Shown: positions 61,732 through 64,000 of the stretch, one piece after another
Position numbering within the stretch: the first letter of the stretch is position 1
How the letters are laid out: each line of letters opens with the position of its first letter
Notes under the pieces: generated by a model
Databases searched by the model: none
What the model was told of the DNA's origin: nothing
Seen by the model: the letters and a program-made list of their open reading frames with translations, nothing else
Source of the DNA: Felis catus
Lineage: Eukaryota
DNA length: 64,000 bases
Direction: 5' to 3'
NCBI RefSeq assembly: GCF_018350175.1
Contig: NC_058368.1
Span: 8,060,001 to 8,124,000, forward strand
Translations under genes and position numbers: made by a program

Positions 61732-64000
61732 CCTTAGGTTTTAAATAAACCACGTTTGTGTATTTAGAGTACTGTTTTTATTTCTGTTGTGCTCCCCCGA
61801 GAGAATGAGGGTGCTAAACAGTTCTCTGGTCTGTTCCCTCACCCCTACCTTCTAGCAGCTCACTACATCTAAAAAGGGAAAGAGGCTTTCATTCAGTAAC
61901 TATTTATAGTGGGTTTGGGTTCCCAGAGGAGCCTGCAAGGTCAAACTCATGTACGGTCAGAACTACCCTGGCAAGTCTTTTAAGTTGCCCGTAAAGGATA
62001 GAGCAGTCTCTTCTCGCGTAGCCTTCCAGCCGATTTGGCCTCGGCTCTGGAAGGGATCACCACTTCAGTTGACATCGAGAGGTGTAGCTGGCTGTCTGCT
62101 TGGGGTCCGTGATGTAGGGGTCACACTGAAGAAAAACCCTCCCATCTTCCGAGGGTCACAGCGAGTGAGAGTGAGAGCACTGTGTTTGTCCTCTCTCAGC
62201 ACAGGATGGTCATTCAGTGACGAGCAGAATCGCCAGGACGCCACGTGTTCTCTGTCCCCATCCCCCTCCCTGAGCAGACATAGGTTCCCTCGCCTAGGAG
62301 CCAGTCACTGCGGGGAACCCAGGGATCCTCACTCCTTGCAGCGTCCACAGCCTCATGAGGTTCACGGCTGCGAACCAAACTTTACATTACGACAAGGTGA
62401 AACGCAAAGAGACGCATCAAAACGGTACGGGGACACAGAGGTGGCCACCACTAGCTGAGTGGGGGGCGCCGGGGAAGGTTGTGCGGGAGAGGTGACATTT
62501 GACCTGGGTTTCCAGGGTTGGCTGTGAATTTACAGGGTCCAGAAGGGGAGGGAAGCCTGTCCGAGGGAGGCCTGGAAGGGCGCAGCAAGAGGTGGAGGGA
62601 ATGGGGAGCAAAGACAGAAAATGAAGTCAGAAAGTAAGCTGGGGACCAAACTTGACTTTGTACTGGCACGTTGTATGAGAAAAATAATGCCAGACTTAAA
62701 CGGCTCACCCCACTCTCTGTACAGCAGCCGGAAGAGCAAATAGTCTTGAGTCGTATGCACTCTTTGTACACAGGGGGCAGGAAAAAGACCAAACGAGAGA
62801 TGTCTTTTCCAGGCCCGACTCCCAGTGAAGCCACTTCCGGCTGGAATAACTGGCCACTGAAGTCAGCCTCACTCTTCCTTTTCAGCAACCTTGGTTGGGA
62901 GTAAGAAACACAGCGGTGGTCTTGACCTTGGAAAACACGGAAGTCTCTGTTCCTATCCTTTCTACCTTAGCTGGGCACCTTTCACACCAAGACCACAGCA
63001 GATTGCCCCCAAGAGGAGTGAGACATCTCATGCTCGATATGGTTCAAGTGGGAACTTAATCTAGGCTCATGTATGATCTCCAACCAGTAGTGATTTGGCA
63101 AGATCCCAGGAGGAAAAGAAATTTGTGTTCTAAGTTACAGCTAATTGTTCCCGTATTATTTTGCACTTCCCTATTACCTGAGCCGTAAGCATGCTTGAGG
63201 CAAGATACAGCATGAGTTAAAGTGAGCGTTAAAAAAAAGAAGCAAATTTGTTCCATTTGCAAGGAAGGTGAAGGGCATGGGTTGACAAAGAGAAGGGAGT
63301 ATTCAGCTGGCGAGCGACTCTCTAATTCTAAGAATGTTACAGAAAACCCTGGTAATACCACTACCTGCGAGCTTAACCCTTCACTTTGCTTAACCCACAG
63401 CCGATGGAGCCTTGTGGAAAGTCAAAAGGTAATAAACAATTTGCCGTTCGAGGCAAACTTATAAATTCCCAGGATAAAGATCTGAGAATGTTAAATCTTT
63501 GGGAAATACACAGGAAGAGTGAGGCAAAATGCCACCCACCCCCTCCTAATAGCTTTTAAATAAGATTCAGGAAGAGGTTTCAAAGTGAAGTGTTCAAAAC
63601 ATCTGCTTCTTATTTGAAATATAATTAGAAGTGTATCTTAATATATAAGGAATTTTAAGAGCTGAGAGGAAGAACGTTTCTGGGTGACTAAGTGTTTTGG
63701 ATGATGTCACAGTCATGGCATGAAGAGCAATACCAAAGACTCTTTAGCAAGATTTTGAGGAATTGTTTTCCTTAGTTGGTTTATTATCTTTGCGAGAAGT
63801 CATTTACAAATCAAATCAGAAGAAAGAGAAGGCGACTTTATCGAACACGATGAGGGATCGAGGGATTCCTGCCCCTGAATGTTACAAAGAGACACCAAAT
63901 GTTCTGTTACTTCTTTCCATTCCCGGCCCTTCTCCACTCCTATTTGTTTTTATTTGGTCCGTTTTCCACCCTGAGAGTCATAAAGAAAAAGGAACGTGCA

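Overview
Mammalian genomic DNA from a felid, judged by numerous SINEC_Fc-type CAN-SINEs and L1_Fc-type 3' ends. The window holds the 5' end of FLT1 (VEGFR1) on the minus strand. This comprises a CpG-island promoter with CRE, ETS, TATA and EGR1 elements, a ~270-nt 5' UTR, coding exon 1 (64 nt, signal peptide MGSCRDAGVLLCALLGGLLLT-G) and ~10.7 kb of intron 1 running off the left edge; exon 2 was not found. The ~53 kb upstream is gene-free and repeat-rich (SINEC, L1, HAL1-like, L2, MIR, MLT1, MER). It contains a tailless U2 snRNA retrocopy, a decayed RPL29 processed pseudogene, an orphan CpG island ~31 kb upstream flanked by a perfect 27-bp tandem repeat, and several endothelial-type motif clusters (ETS/FOX/SOX/GATA/RBPJ). 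No new gene system is evident. The best leads are regulatory: candidate distal FLT1 enhancers, apparent loss of the hypoxia-response core, and a fully open in-frame 5' UTR. Repeat family names and human comparisons are from recall, and repeat boundaries are approximate.
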